From the NCBI GenBank assembly GCA_963699545.1, contig CAVOUE010000006.1:96001-160000 (forward strand): a stretch of 64,000 nucleotides of DNA, given 5' to 3'. The notes beneath the pieces were generated by a model. It had not been told where the DNA came from and ran no database searches. It was given only the letters and a program-made list of their open reading frames with translations. Source of the DNA: Nitrospirota bacterium. GTDB taxonomy: Bacteria; Nitrospirota; Thermodesulfovibrionia; Thermodesulfovibrionales; UBA9159. The first letter of the stretch is position 1, and each line of letters opens with the position of its first letter. Below, piece after piece: positions 1 to 11,099 of this stretch. Made by a program: the position numbers and the translations under genes.

Positions 1-2460
1 GGGAAAGGCGGAGGTCTCGCGGCTGTCGGCCTGAGCCCGGCCAAACTGGGAGTTGACCAGAAGACGCTCGACAATGACTTCCTCCTTCAGGTCGCACTTC
101 TTGACGAGTCCGCCCTGCCGGAGATGGAGACACGCTTTATCCGGCCTCACTTCCGGGTTGCCCATGAGGCGTTCATCGAGACCATCGATGATTACAGGGA
201 TGTTCCCGGCCTGGAGACGAAGCCCCCGGCGGTAAAACGCTACTTTGTGCGGGTGAAGCCCGAAGTCCTTGCCCGGTTCCAGAAAGAACGCGGTCTGGAA
301 ATGCTGCCTTCCTCCAAGGCAGAGGAAGAGTTCGTCTACCAGAATACCTATCAGCTGAACCTTGCCCTTTACAGTTCCCTGGGCGAGAAAAGGGCCTTTG
401 TTCTGTCCCACGGCAGGAACATGATGATACTGAAGATCGTTGGGTATGCAGAAAAGGTGGCACAGTACTACAAACTGGAGAACTTTGATGCCCATATATG
501 GATAGCCCATCAGCGCTATCCCACCAAGGGCCGCGTATGGCATCCGGGGGGCGCTCACCCCTTCATAGGTCTCGATGAGGCCCTCGTGCACAACGGGGAC
601 TTTGCCAATTATTACTCCGTGTCCGACTATTTGCGACAGCGGAATGTCTACCCCCTGTTCCTCACCGATACGGAGGTCTCGATCCAGGTCTTCGATCTGC
701 TCAACAGGGTGTACGGCTATCCTCTCGAGTACATCATTGAGGCCCTTGCACCAACAGGCGAGATGGATTTCGACCATCTGCCCGAGGAAAAACAGCGCAT
801 ATACAGGCAGATCCAGGCTGCCCACATCCACGGCTCCCCTGATGGACCCTGGTTCTTTATCATCGCCCGCAACGATGTCCGGAGGAAACAGTTCCAGCTC
901 ATCGGTATCACGGATACGGCCATGCTCCGGCCCCAGGTCTTTGCTTTGCAGAAGGGTGATGTGGAGATAGGCCTGATCTGTTCGGAAAAGCAGGCCATCG
1001 ATGCAACCCTTGAAAGCCTCGCAAAAGAAGACCCTCGCTTCGGCACGGTAGCAGACCATTACTGGAACGCCCGTGGCGGAAGTTACACCGATGGCGGCGC
1101 CTTTATCTTCTCGATAAAGGAGTCCGCGCCCGGAAAAATGAGCCTCACCTGCACTGACAAATTCGGAGGGGCCATTGATGTCCCCACGGACCAGACACCC
1201 CTTGATTTTCGCTCAGAGCTGCCCGGCGTACCAGCCTCCCATGTGGATCACGTCAAGGGTGTTCTCGCGGGGTTGTCTGAGAAGAACGTAATGAACCTCT
1301 TCACCGAGCTGAAAGGGGAATTTGCTGAATGGGACTATGCACGGTTCTCCGTCTTCCTCGACCATCTTGCCGCCCTTGCGGAAAAAGATGAGCTGAAGGG
1401 GCTGGTGATAGCCGTTCTCACGCTCCTTCTCGACCGGCGCTATCCTATGGGCAGCAAGAGGCGGCGCTCCGTTCTCCAGATGGTCTCCGGTGCCCTCGAT
1501 TCGATCTTCAGGACAATCCCCGGGATCAACGACAAAAGGGGCGTGTTGTATTTCCGCAGGATCGATTTCGAAAACCGCCATGCGCTTCGCAAGCCCAGGA
1601 GAGGGGAAAAGGTGCTGGTTGCAGACGCAGGGCGGTTCCCGCCTGAAGGTGATGAATCCTTCTCCCGTCTTGTTTCTGACGCATACGCGCTTGGGTGGAA
1701 GCGGTTCATCTGTTTCGGCCATCGGGGTCAGCGCTTCCTGGGTTGCGGGTTAGGTCCCGACACAGAGGGCGTGCGCATTGACGCCTTCGGTTCTACGGGA
1801 GACTATCTTGGTTCGGGTATGGATGGACTTGAAGTGTATGTACACGGAAATGCCCAGGATCAGCTCGGGCAGATCATGAAGTCAGGGAAACTCGTCGTGT
1901 ATGGCGATGTGGGTCAGACGTTCATGTACGGCGCGAAAGGCGGCGAGGTCTATGTGCTCGGAAACGCGGCAGGCCGTCCCCTCATCAATGCCGTGGGAAA
2001 ACCGAGGGTCGTGATAAACGGCACAGCCCTCGACTACCTCGCAGAGTCCTTTATGGCGGGCGATCCTTACAACGGCGGCGGTTTTGTTATCCTGAACGGC
2101 CTGAGGTCCGACAAAGACGGAAAAATGATCCCTCAGGACATACCCTACCCCGGGTCCAACCTCTTTTCCCTCGCATCGGGGGGAGCGATATTTGTCCGTG
2201 ATCCCCGTCAGAGCATAGTACCGGAACAGCTGAACGGCGGTCAGATCTTTCCCTTCACCGAAAGAGACTGGAAGCTGATACTTCCCTATCTGAAAGAGAA
2301 TGAACGCCTCTTCGGCATCACGACAGAAGAGCTCCTCACTGTAGACGGCAGGAAACGCAAACCAGAAGAGGTTTATCGCACCATCGGGGCCGTAAAGCTT
2401 TCCGTCCTCTCGGGGAGCGCCGCCCTCGCTATGAACGAAGAGTGGGAAGAAGGGGATTAG
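1..2460 (+). CDS. Split-type glutamate synthase subunit: class II glutamine amidotransferase domain plus C-terminal GXGXG (GltB_C/FwdC-like) domain; 5'-partial
   Basis: Frame is open from base 1 (GKGGGLAAVG...). GATase motifs AHQRYPT, AHPF, HNGD, TDTE, DGPW; C-terminal glycine repeats GQRFLGCG, GNAQDQLG, GDVGQTFMYGAKGG. Confidence 0.85.
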   Translation, partial: GKGGGLAAVGLSPAKLGVDQKTLDNDFLLQVALLDESALPEMETRFIRPHFRVAHEAFIETIDDYRDVPGLETKPPAVKRYFVRVKPEVLARFQKERGLEMLPSSKAEEEFVYQNTYQLNLALYSSLGEKRAFVLSHGRNMMILKIVGYAEKVAQYYKLENFDAHIWIAHQRYPTKGRVWHPGGAHPFIGLDEALVHNGDFANYYSVSDYLRQRNVYPLFLTDTEVSIQVFDLLNRVYGYPLEYIIEALAPTGEMDFDHLPEEKQRIYRQIQAAHIHGSPDGPWFFIIARNDVRRKQFQLIGITDTAMLRPQVFALQKGDVEIGLICSEKQAIDATLESLAKEDPRFGTVADHYWNARGGSYTDGGAFIFSIKESAPGKMSLTCTDKFGGAIDVPTDQTPLDFRSELPGVPASHVDHVKGVLAGLSEKNVMNLFTELKGEFAEWDYARFSVFLDHLAALAEKDELKGLVIAVLTLLLDRRYPMGSKRRRSVLQMVSGALDSIFRTIPGINDKRGVLYFRRIDFENRHALRKPRRGEKVLVADAGRFPPEGDESFSRLVSDAYALGWKRFICFGHRGQRFLGCGLGPDTEGVRIDAFGSTGDYLGSGMDGLEVYVHGNAQDQLGQIMKSGKLVVYGDVGQTFMYGAKGGEVYVLGNAAGRPLINAVGKPRVVINGTALDYLAESFMAGDPYNGGGFVILNGLRSDKDGKMIPQDIPYPGSNLFSLASGGAIFVRDPRQSIVPEQLNGGQIFPFTERDWKLILPYLKENERLFGITTEELLTVDGRKRKPEEVYRTIGAVKLSVLSGSAALAMNEEWEEGD

Positions 2461-2566
2461 AGAACCGCTTTCCCCGACTCTTCCGACGTTCGCAGATAAC
2501 TGCCCCCCTTTGCCCTGCGATTCGCCTGTAATGCACATCAGAGAGAATCCTCTCCTGACCAGCTCG

Positions 2567-2597
2567 TTGACAAAGATGGCCTCGGTTTTATTATAAT
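2567..2597 (+). promoter_or_regulatory. Putative sigma70 promoter of second glutamate synthase operon
   Basis: TTGACA at 2567-2572; TATTAT at 2589 (16-bp spacer) or TATAAT at 2592 (19-bp spacer). Confidence 0.55.
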
Positions 2598-2641
2598 TAA
2601 ACATAGTTTCGCAATTGAATCGGCTAAGGGTTATTGTTCCG

Positions 2642-2680
2642 GCGTCTCGTACCAGAAGCAGGGTCGAGACGCTCTTTTTT
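2642..2680 (+). terminator. Intrinsic terminator-like hairpin in 5' leader (possible attenuator)
   Basis: GCGTCTCG...CGAGACGC stem followed by TCTTTTTT, between the promoter and the ATG at 2709. Confidence 0.55.
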
Positions 2681-2708
2681 CAGAAACATAACGATGAGGT
2701 AATCGGCT

Positions 2709-3822
2709 ATGTGCAGACTTGCTGCGGTAACATCGGGAGAATACATATCGCCGATGGAACCAATCTTCGCCCTGGAGACGATGAAGGAAGGCCACGACGG
2801 GAGCGGCCTCGGGATCACGATGAGGGATCTGAACGGTGAATTCGAGAAACTGAAAGAATACCCCATACTTTCGGGCATCTGTACAAGGAATGGGGGCCGG
2901 ATCATTGACGAGTACATGGACAAACTCGGCTTCGAACTCCTCCACGTATGGGCGCCGAAGATCAAAAAGACAAAGGGTGTCGTTCCCCGTGAGTACTATT
3001 TCGCCAGGGTTTACGACTATCCGGATTCCTTCAAGTACCGATCGATACAGGAGAAGGAGGACCTTCTCCTGCAGACCCGGCTCTCCCTGAGGAAGCTCGG
3101 AGAGTCCGATGAATCACTCTTCGTCTTCTCCTTCTATCCCGATGTACTTACCCTGAAGGAGGTCGGCGATCCCCTTCAGTTGGGCGAGTTTTTCGGTCTC
3201 GACCGTGATGACGTGAAGGCGAGGATAGTTTTTGCACAGGGCAGGCAGAACACGAATTACGCCATCTACCTGTACGCCTGTCATCCCTTCTTCCTCCAGG
3301 GATGCTGTTCCATGACCAACGGTGAGAATACGGCCTTTGTTCCCATAAGGGAGTATCCTCATGGGCAGGAGGTTCCCGGGGTATACGGGATACAACAGCG
3401 ACAGCGAGGTATTCACCCACATTCTCCACTACACGGTAAGACAGCTGCGGCTATCCTCTCACCTACTACAAAGATGTCATCACGCCCCTCAAGGCTGCTG
3501 AGATCGATGCGCGGGAGGACCGTGATGTCGCTGCGGCTCATCAAGCAAGTCCCTCAGGATGCTCTGCATCGACGGCCCGAACTGTGTTATCGGCTTTACG
3601 CCCGACGGCACCTGTTTCATGGTCCAGGATGCAAAGAAGCTGCGGCCCGGTGTTGTCGGCGGTGCGAAGGGCAAGTATGCGCTGATGTCGGAGGAGTGTG
3701 GCGTTGAAAGCGTCGTCCCGGGCAGGGACAGGACGACTGACATCTTCCCTATGAAGTACGACATGGTCATCATCTCACCCGAGGCAAAGGAGGTCAAGGT
3801 ATGGAACCAGCTGCACGGTTAG
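2709..3822 (+). CDS. Glutamate synthase amidotransferase subunit (class II GATase, GltB1-like); frameshifted in this assembly
   Basis: N-terminal nucleophile Met-Cys (MCRLAA), GHDGSG, RQNTN, HPFF, NGEN. Continues across indels near 3357-3550 into IDGPN...KLRPG...SEECG (ORF 3559-3822). Confidence 0.8.
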
Positions 3823-5467
3823 ACCATAACCATCAACTCTCCTCTAAGAGAGTTTCCCTATATCATCCGCTGGAGGGACGACCGGTGCAAGAGGTGCGGC
3901 AAATGCACCGCGGTCTGCCCGGTGAAGGCGATCGAGCCTGCTGTAAAGGTCCAGAGGACCGTCCATTCGGAAGGACCGGTCCCCCAGCCCACAGCCGCAA
4001 AAAAGATCGTCCAGGTTGTGGAGCAGGTCACTGACATGGACCGGTACTGCACGGGCTGCGGTACCTGCACCCTAGTGTGTCCCAATGAGGCCATTGAGCC
4101 TGAATATAATCCCCAGAACAAGTTTCTGCATTACAAGAACAAAGGCGGGGAGCCGTACAAGAGGGGCGGCAGGAGGAACGATCCTTCCGTATCGACCCTT
4201 GACAGGCTCAAGTTCACAAGGATATCCATGCTCACCGACCCGGCGCTCGACGCCGGCAGGCACGAGTTCCGCGTGAGGACACTCCTGGGAAGGATACTTG
4301 CCTCCGGAAGAGCTGCCGTTGAAGACGATCGGAGGAAAGCTGGTAGTGGATAAGGACAGCGGCAGGTTCATACCTCCGGTGAGGGAGATATATCCCCATC
4401 ATGATCGGCAGCATGTCTGTTGGCGCGCTTTCTCCTCCCATGTGGGAGGGTCTCGCCATGGGTGTGGCGTACCTAAACGAGGTGGAAGGGTTGCCGGTGG
4501 TGATGTGCTCCGGTGAGGGAGGAATGCCGCCGAGACTGCTGAGATCAAAGTATCTGAAATACTTCATCATCCAGATCGCATCGGGATATTTCGGATGGGA
4601 CGAGATCATCCACGCGCTGCCGCATATGGTGGAAGACCCTGCTGCCATAGAGATCAAGTACGGTCAGGGTGCGAAGCCCGGTGACGGCGGACTTCTGATG
4701 GCTCAGAAGGTCCTTAAGCTGATTGCGAGCATCAGGGGGGTGCCCCAGTTCGTTGACCTCTGCGTCGCCTCCCACACACCAGACAAAGTACTCGATCGAA
4801 GAGGCGGTGGCAAAGATGATCCAGTCCATGTCCATGGCGTGGGGCTTCAGGGTTCCGGTCTACCCGAAGATCTCCGGCACGAAGACAGCCCGTGCGGTGC
4901 TGAATAACCTTGCAAGGAATCCCTATGCCGCTGCACTCTCGCATTGACGGTGAGGACGGCGGGACAGGCGCTGCATACAATGTTTCCATGGACAAGATGG
5001 GACATCCCATCGCGTCCAATATCAGAGACTGTTATCTTGACCTTGTGAAACAGGGCAAGCAGAACGAGCTCCCCCTGATCGCGGCAGGAGGTGTGGGCAA
5101 AAAGGGGAACCTGGCGGCAAACGCTGCCGCCCTCATCATGCTCGGCGCGTCAGCGGTCTCGATCGGGAAATATATCATGCAGGCCGCGGCAGACTGTTTC
5201 GGCGATGAGTACAACCGCTGCAACCTCTGCAATACCGGAAAATGTCCGAGGGGCATCACCACGCAGGACCCCAAACTCTACCGAAGGCTCGATGCTGACA
5301 AGGTGGCTGAACGGGTCGTGGAGGTCTTCAAGGCTGCCGATGTGGAGATGCGGAAGATATTCGCCCCTATGGGAAGAAGCACGGAGCTGCCCATCGGAAT
5401 GTCTGACGGGCTGAGCATAGAGGATAAGGCGATGGCAGAGAGGTTAGAGATAAACTATGCGTGCTAA
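3801..5467 (+). CDS. Glutamate synthase FMN-binding subunit with N-terminal 2x[4Fe-4S] ferredoxin domain (GltB2-like); frameshifted
   Basis: CKRCGKCTAVCP and CTGCGTCTLVCP; MSVGALS, SGEGG, QIASGYFG, EIKYGQGAKPGDGG, IDGEDGGTGA and CNLCNTGKCPRGITTQDP are spread over consecutive overlapping ORFs. Confidence 0.85.
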
Positions 5468-7890
5468 GAAAAAGAAAGCGCCAGGTGACAAGTCAAGAGT
5501 GATGAGCAAGAAAACGAAAAAGAAAGACTCCTCACCCGTTGCTGCTCACTCGTCACGTGGTAACGTAGTTACGATAAAGGGCACCGTGGACGGAGATCGT
5601 GTTCCCTCGAGGATACTTGAGGAGCAGATCCAGCAGGCGGTCCGGGAAGGCGCGCAGGAGCTGCATATCGTCGCCCAGGGCCAGCATGGCATCGGCGGCC
5701 GCATCTGGCCGACGGGCCGAGACGGTAAAGATAACCGTTGACGGACCTGTAGGACAGAGGCTGGGGAGCATGGGCATGCCCGGCACAGAGATCATCGTAC
5801 ACGGCAGCTCTTCCGATGACGTCGGGTGGCTTAACTGCGGCGCAAAGATCACGGTATTGGGAGATGTAACAAACGGCGCTTTTAATGCCGCTGCCCAGGG
5901 CTTTCTCTATGTGCAGGGAGGAGGAGGCGCGCGGTGTGACACCATGACCAAGCACAACCCCCGCTTCGACCCTCCCCAGTCGTGGTATTTCAGGGACGTG
6001 GGAGATTCGTTTGCAGAATTCAAGGCAGGGGGAATCGCAGTGGTCTGCGGAGTGAAGCCAAGGGACCCTGAGAACATCCTGGGCTATCGTCCCTGCGTCG
6101 GCATGGTTGGCGGCACCATCTACTTCCAGCGGCCCCATCAAGGGATACAGTGAAAAGGATGTGAAACTCCTTGACCTTACGCCTCAGGACTGGGAATGGC
6201 TCAGGACGAACATGAGGCCCTTCCTCGCGGCCGTCGACAGGATATCCCATTACGAGGAACTCACCCGCTCTTCCGACGACTGGAAGAAGCTTATGGCGTA
6301 TACGCCCCAGGAAAAGAGATCGAGGAAATGGTTCAAGATCTCGACCTCCGATTTCAGAAAGAACATGTGGGAAAAGGATGTGGGACAAGGCGGCATCTTC
6401 GCCGAGTACATGAGCCACGATCTCACGCTGCTTCCCTATATCACCACCGGCAATGAGAGACGGAACAGGCCCATCTGGTCGAACGACAAGTATGCTCCGC
6501 CCTGCGCGTTCGCGTGCCCTACACAGATACCGTCACACAAAAGGGCCTCCCTTATCCGGCAGGGCAGGCTCAATGACGCCCTGGAACTGGTACTGAGATA
6601 TAGTCCGCTGCCCGCGACGGTCTGCGGGGAGATATGCCCGAACCTCTGCATGCAGAGCTGCACCAGGGCGCATCTCGACAAGCCCCTTGAGATAGACATG
6701 ATGGGCAAACTCGCCCTTGATCTCCCTGCCCCGAAGAAGGACCCCGCAACAGGCCATGTGATCGCGGTGATCGGAGGAGGTCCGGCAGGCATGAGCGCTG
6801 CGTGGCAGCTTGCCCTGAAAGGACATACGGTTGACATTTACGAAGCCACGGACAGGCTGGGGGGGAAACTTGAACTCTCGATCCCGAAAGAGCGCCTTCC
6901 CCGCCAGATCCTTGAGAAAGAGATTTCCCGGTTCAGGGAACTGGGAGTGAATCTGCTTCTGAACACAAAGGTCACGAAAGACAAATTCGATGAGATCTAC
7001 AAGAAGCATGAGCTGGTTGTCCTGGCCTGCGGCGCCCACGAGCCGAGGAAGGTGTCGTTCCCGGGTTCCGGGGACAACCGTGTCTGCGTACGACTTTCTG
7101 AGAGATATCAACCTGGGGAAGAGGCCTGACCTGAAGGGCAAGAAAGTCGTGGTCATAGGAGCGGGAAACGTAGGTATGGACGCTGCCTCTGAGGCATATA
7201 ACAACGGCGCGGAATCCGTTGTGGCTGTGGATATCCAGAAACCTGCTGCCTTCGGAGCGGAGATGGAGATCGCCAGGGCGAAAGGCACTCAGGTCATCTG
7301 GCCGAAATTTACGGAGCGTTTTGACAGGCGCGAAAGGAAGGTCTTCTTTCAGGACGGAACTTCGCTGGATGCGGATTTTGTCGTGATGTCCATAGGAGAT
7401 GTGCCACAGCTCGATTTCCTTCCCCAGAGTGTCCATACGGAGAGGGGGTGGATTCCGGTCAACAATAAGTACCAAACATCCGATGTGAAAGTGTATGCCA
7501 TCGGCGATGTGACAGGCCTGGGCCTAGTGACCCATGCCATCGGCCACGGAAGGCTCGCTGCTGATTATATCCACTATGAACTGATGCATGCGCCGCGCAA
7601 TCCAGAGATCACAGCAGATGATCGCTTACGAGAAGATCAAGACGGAGTATTACGACGTCTGCCGTGGGGATTTCGTCTCACTCGAGATATCCGCGAACCG
7701 GTGCATGTCCTGCGCCACGTGCAGAGACTGCCACATGTGCGAGTCGACCTGCTACTGGGGAGCCATCAGCAGGGTTGAACATAATGATGGCTCGTATGAG
7801 TATGTGGTGGACGACAATCTCTGCATCGGGTGCGGGTTCTGCGCAGGGGTCTGCCCCTGCGGCGTCTGGGAGATGGTAGAGAACGTGTAA
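5457..7890 (+). CDS. GXGXG (GltB3-like) domain fused to GltD-like FAD/NAD(P)H oxidoreductase with C-terminal ferredoxin; frameshifted
   Basis: GQHGIGG, GQRLGSMG, GDSFAEF; PPCAFACP, CGEICPNLCMQSC, VIGGGPAG, VIGAGNVG, AIGD, CMSCATCRDCHMC, CIGCGFCAGVCP. Confidence 0.8.
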
Positions 7891-7901
7891 GGGTTACCGG
7901 C

Positions 7902-8966
7902 TTAAAGGACTCTTACCGTTCCTATGAAACTCTTCAGCGTCTCTTCCTCGATCTTCCCCGAGCTCGAAATAAAGAAATTTATCTCGCCACCCGTCTTTTT
8001 GTCCACCAGCACGATATGTGTCGTCTCTCTTCCTCTGCGGATACCCTGGACCACAAACCCTTTGAGCACGGGATGAAGGACGGCATAGACCCCGGTATCA
8101 CTCTGATCGCTCAACGCCGCGATCCTCGCCAATAAGGGCACAAACCCGAACCGTGAAGAAAAAGTTACCCGGTAGAAATCATACATATCTTTCATGCCCA
8201 TTGTGTACCGGAAGGCGATCTCGTATATGCCTTTTCTATCGACAAATACTTTTTTGAACAAGCTGCCGCTCACCCTCACCCTTGTCTTCTTCCCCTCGTC
8301 TTCGAACATGAGTTCCTTATCTTTCGCATCGACGGGCTTCAAATCCTGAAGAACAGAAAAAGAAAATCCTCCAAGGTTCTGTTTCTCCCCACCGTCTGAA
8401 GGATTTTGAGTGGTCGCCAGATAGCGTATTTCAGGCATCGTAAAAGGTTTCGGAAACTTCCAGTACATATACAAATGTCCCAGAGACAATACAAGGGAGG
8501 ACAGGAACAGCATCGCGATTATCCGCTTGATGGTCGATCTTTGTTTCAGGTGTATGATCTCTTCCGGGAATCTCTTTGCGAGTTCATCGAGCAACAGCTG
8601 TTTCTCGCTCACCGGAAGTGCTGCAGCAAGAGATATTTTCCGTAAACGACCGGTTCTGGCATTCACCGCCAGTGTCCCACCGGTCTCGCTCACATAGAGA
8701 GCCCTGATCTTCTCATAGGGCATACCCCTTGTAAGGATCTTCGTTATCTTTTTCTTTTCATCATCAAGAGTGAAACGGTCGTTAAGAGACAGGAAAAAGG
8801 GGAAAGGGAACAGTAAAACAAGAAATATAACAAAGGGGTTCAACCAAAAACTTCCCATGAGCAGAACCGAGAAACAAAGAAGTATCGGCAAGGAATATAC
8901 GTAAGTTTCCTTCAGAAATTGAATTCTATCCCCTCTGAACGTCACCTTCCGTCCCTGCTGGTCCAC
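7902..8966 (-). CDS. Hypothetical membrane protein
   Basis: 354-aa ORF with an N-terminal hydrophobic hairpin and a third TM segment; no recognisable family. Confidence 0.6.
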   Translation of the reverse strand: MDQQGRKVTFRGDRIQFLKETYVYSLPILLCFSVLLMGSFWLNPFVIFLVLLFPFPFFLSLNDRFTLDDEKKKITKILTRGMPYEKIRALYVSETGGTLAVNARTGRLRKISLAAALPVSEKQLLLDELAKRFPEEIIHLKQRSTIKRIIAMLFLSSLVLSLGHLYMYWKFPKPFTMPEIRYLATTQNPSDGGEKQNLGGFSFSVLQDLKPVDAKDKELMFEDEGKKTRVRVSGSLFKKVFVDRKGIYEIAFRYTMGMKDMYDFYRVTFSSRFGFVPLLARIAALSDQSDTGVYAVLHPVLKGFVVQGIRRGRETTHIVLVDKKTGGEINFFISSSGKIEEETLKSFIGTVRVL

Positions 8967-9026
8967 CTTTTTTCTCCGCAGCCAAGATATTGAAGCCGAT
9001 CATACCCGGCGACAGCCTGAAGTTCT

Positions 9027-9905
9027 TTATGAAACACGAGACTGACGAGCTTTCTTTAGCAGATCGTCAATGGCTTCTTCTATGCCGGTGAACCTGAACG
9101 TGAAACCCTTCTCCAGAAGTTTCCCGGGAATGACGCTTTCCCCCTCCAGTAACGCCTGTGCCCCTTCCCCTAACTGAAGTTTCAGCACAAAAAAAGGAAC
9201 ACGCATCACCGCAGGTTTGTGAAGGGCATGTGAAAGGGCCATGGTCAGTCCCTTGTTCGTGGTGGGTCTGGGGGCGGTAAGGTTAAATACTCCCTCAAAG
9301 TCGTCGTGCTCTATCACCGTGAAATAGGCTCTCACGAGGTCTTCGATATGCACCCAGGAAAAAGCCTGTTCCCCGTCCCCCAACGTCCCCCCCAGTCCCA
9401 TCCTGAAGGGTATGAGCATCTTCTGAAGCACACCTCCCCCGAGTCCGAGAACGATGCCAAAGCGAAAGACGACCGTTCTCACCGATGCGTCCTTCGCCTT
9501 CAGCGCAGCCCGCTCCCAGTCAAGGGCAAGCCTCCCCAGAAAGGTATCGGCATAATGGGCGTTCTCCTCCGTATAAACTCCTCCGGAGTCATAGATCCCG
9601 ACTGCAGACGTGGAGACGAACACTGCAGGCTTCTTCCCCGCCTCGCCCATGGCCTCCACGATCTTCTTCGTCGTCTCAATCCTGCTGCTGTACAGGACCT
9701 TCTTGTACTCCTCCGTCCATCTCTCAGCGATGGAAGCGCCCGCCAGGTTCACCACCACATCAGCTCTCCCGATCTTGCTCAGGAGCTTCGCTGTTTCCCT
9801 GAAGTCATCGCGCGTCAGCGGGATCACCTTCCAGCCCTTTCCTTCGAAAGCCCTCGTGAGATGTCCCCCCACAAATCCCGTTGCGCCGCTCATCGCGATG
9901 TTCAT
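9027..9905 (-). CDS. TIGR01777/YfcH-family NAD-dependent epimerase-like protein
   Basis: SGATGFVG, VVNLAGASI, RWTEEYKK, SAVGIY, GLGGTLGDGEQAFSWVHIEDL, FNLTAP. Confidence 0.9.
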   Translation of the reverse strand: MNIAMSGATGFVGGHLTRAFEGKGWKVIPLTRDDFRETAKLLSKIGRADVVVNLAGASIAERWTEEYKKVLYSSRIETTKKIVEAMGEAGKKPAVFVSTSAVGIYDSGGVYTEENAHYADTFLGRLALDWERAALKAKDASVRTVVFRFGIVLGLGGGVLQKMLIPFRMGLGGTLGDGEQAFSWVHIEDLVRAYFTVIEHDDFEGVFNLTAPRPTTNKGLTMALSHALHKPAVMRVPFFVLKLQLGEGAQALLEGESVIPGKLLEKGFTFRFTGIEEAIDDLLKKARQSRVS

Positions 9906-10043
9906 GTCTTTCTCATCATATCAGAACGTTCACCTCAAGTGAACAAAGAAACGCCGCGGAAGGTATATCCGGCTTCATTTCATCGTCTTTTCAGCACCGT
10001 GGAATTTGACTTTTATCCATACAATTCATTATTTTAGTTAGTT

Positions 10044-10121
<78 letters not shown>

Positions 10122-10247
10122 GCATATTTTACTCCGCAAAATTTGCTGGGAAATGTTTTTAGTTGTGAGTAACCTGGTTCGAGGACTTAGAGGATATGAT
10201 TTTGATTGTTACTGCTCACTGTTCACTCGTCACTGATGACTTTTTGT

Positions 10248-10324
<77 letters not shown>

Positions 10325-10437
10325 GTATTTTCCGTCGCAGGGAGAAGGCGAGAGAGCAATTGTTCTTACCGCGATGAGCCGAAATCGGGTATAATGATAT
10401 GGTCGTAGCTCACTGGAGGGTATACCTGCAGTGAGAT

Positions 10438-10514
10438 GGTGGGCGTAGTTCAACGGTTAGAGCACTGGACTGTGGCTCCAGGTGTTGGGGGTTCGAATCC
10501 CCTCGCCCACCCCA
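10438..10514 (+). tRNA. tRNA-His(GTG)
   Basis: G-1 present, anticodon arm CTGGA-CTGTGGC-TCCAG, GGTTCGAATCC, CCA end. Confidence 0.97.
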
Positions 10515-10617
10515 TTTGAAAGGCAGCTTCGAAATTCGAAGCTCCAAATCCTAAACAGGATGCCGGCTCCCTCGTTTAGAATTGAGATTTCGATATTTTG
10601 GATTTGTTGTTGATTGT

Positions 10618-10694
10618 GCGCCTGTAGCTCAGCTGGATAGAGCATCAGCCTCCGGAGCTGAGGGTCGGAGGTTCGAATCCTCTCAGGCGCGCCA
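10618..10694 (+). tRNA. tRNA-Arg(CCG)
   Basis: Anticodon arm TCAGC-CTCCGGA-GCTGA, GGTTCGAATCC, CCA end. Confidence 0.97.
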
Positions 10695-10812
10695 TCCGAT
10701 CCGCCGGATCGGAATTACGAGTGAAAGCTGTTGAGTGTGAGTGAGTTGACTGAAATGCCGTTTTTTTGTTTTACTATTCACTGTTCACCGATCGCTCTTC
10801 ACTTTTCTCGAT

Positions 10813-10888
<76 letters not shown>

Positions 10889-10893
10889 GTTTT

Positions 10894-10979
10894 TTTCAAG
10901 GGGTTGCGAGGTTTCCTGCAAATCCTTTCTTACTGAAGTGTCCGTATAAGTGTCCACGGCACCGTCTAACCTCTTGATT
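10894..10979. other. Possible integrase att-arm remnant: two IHF-like sites around an AAGTGTCC direct repeat
   Basis: TTTCAAGGGGTTG (10894-10906), AAGTGTCC at 10936 and 10948, AATCAAGAGGTTA on the minus strand (10967-10979). Confidence 0.45.
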
Positions 10980-11099
10980 GAACAGGCACGATGCTCGCTA
11001 CGCTCATTTTCTGTGGCACACGCAGCGAGAACCACCGACGCGGGCAAGTGATGTGCCACCTTGTTAGAGAGTATTTAGCGTTTCATAAGGGAAGAATCA

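Noticed and set aside
9928-9944. Third copy of the MarR operator (GTTCAC-CTCAA-GTGAAC)
   Set aside because: Half-site spacing is 2 bp longer and the flanks differ; it may be a site for another regulator.
10457-10645. Small ORFs over tRNAs (also 63683-63893)
   Set aside because: They overlap clear tRNA genes.
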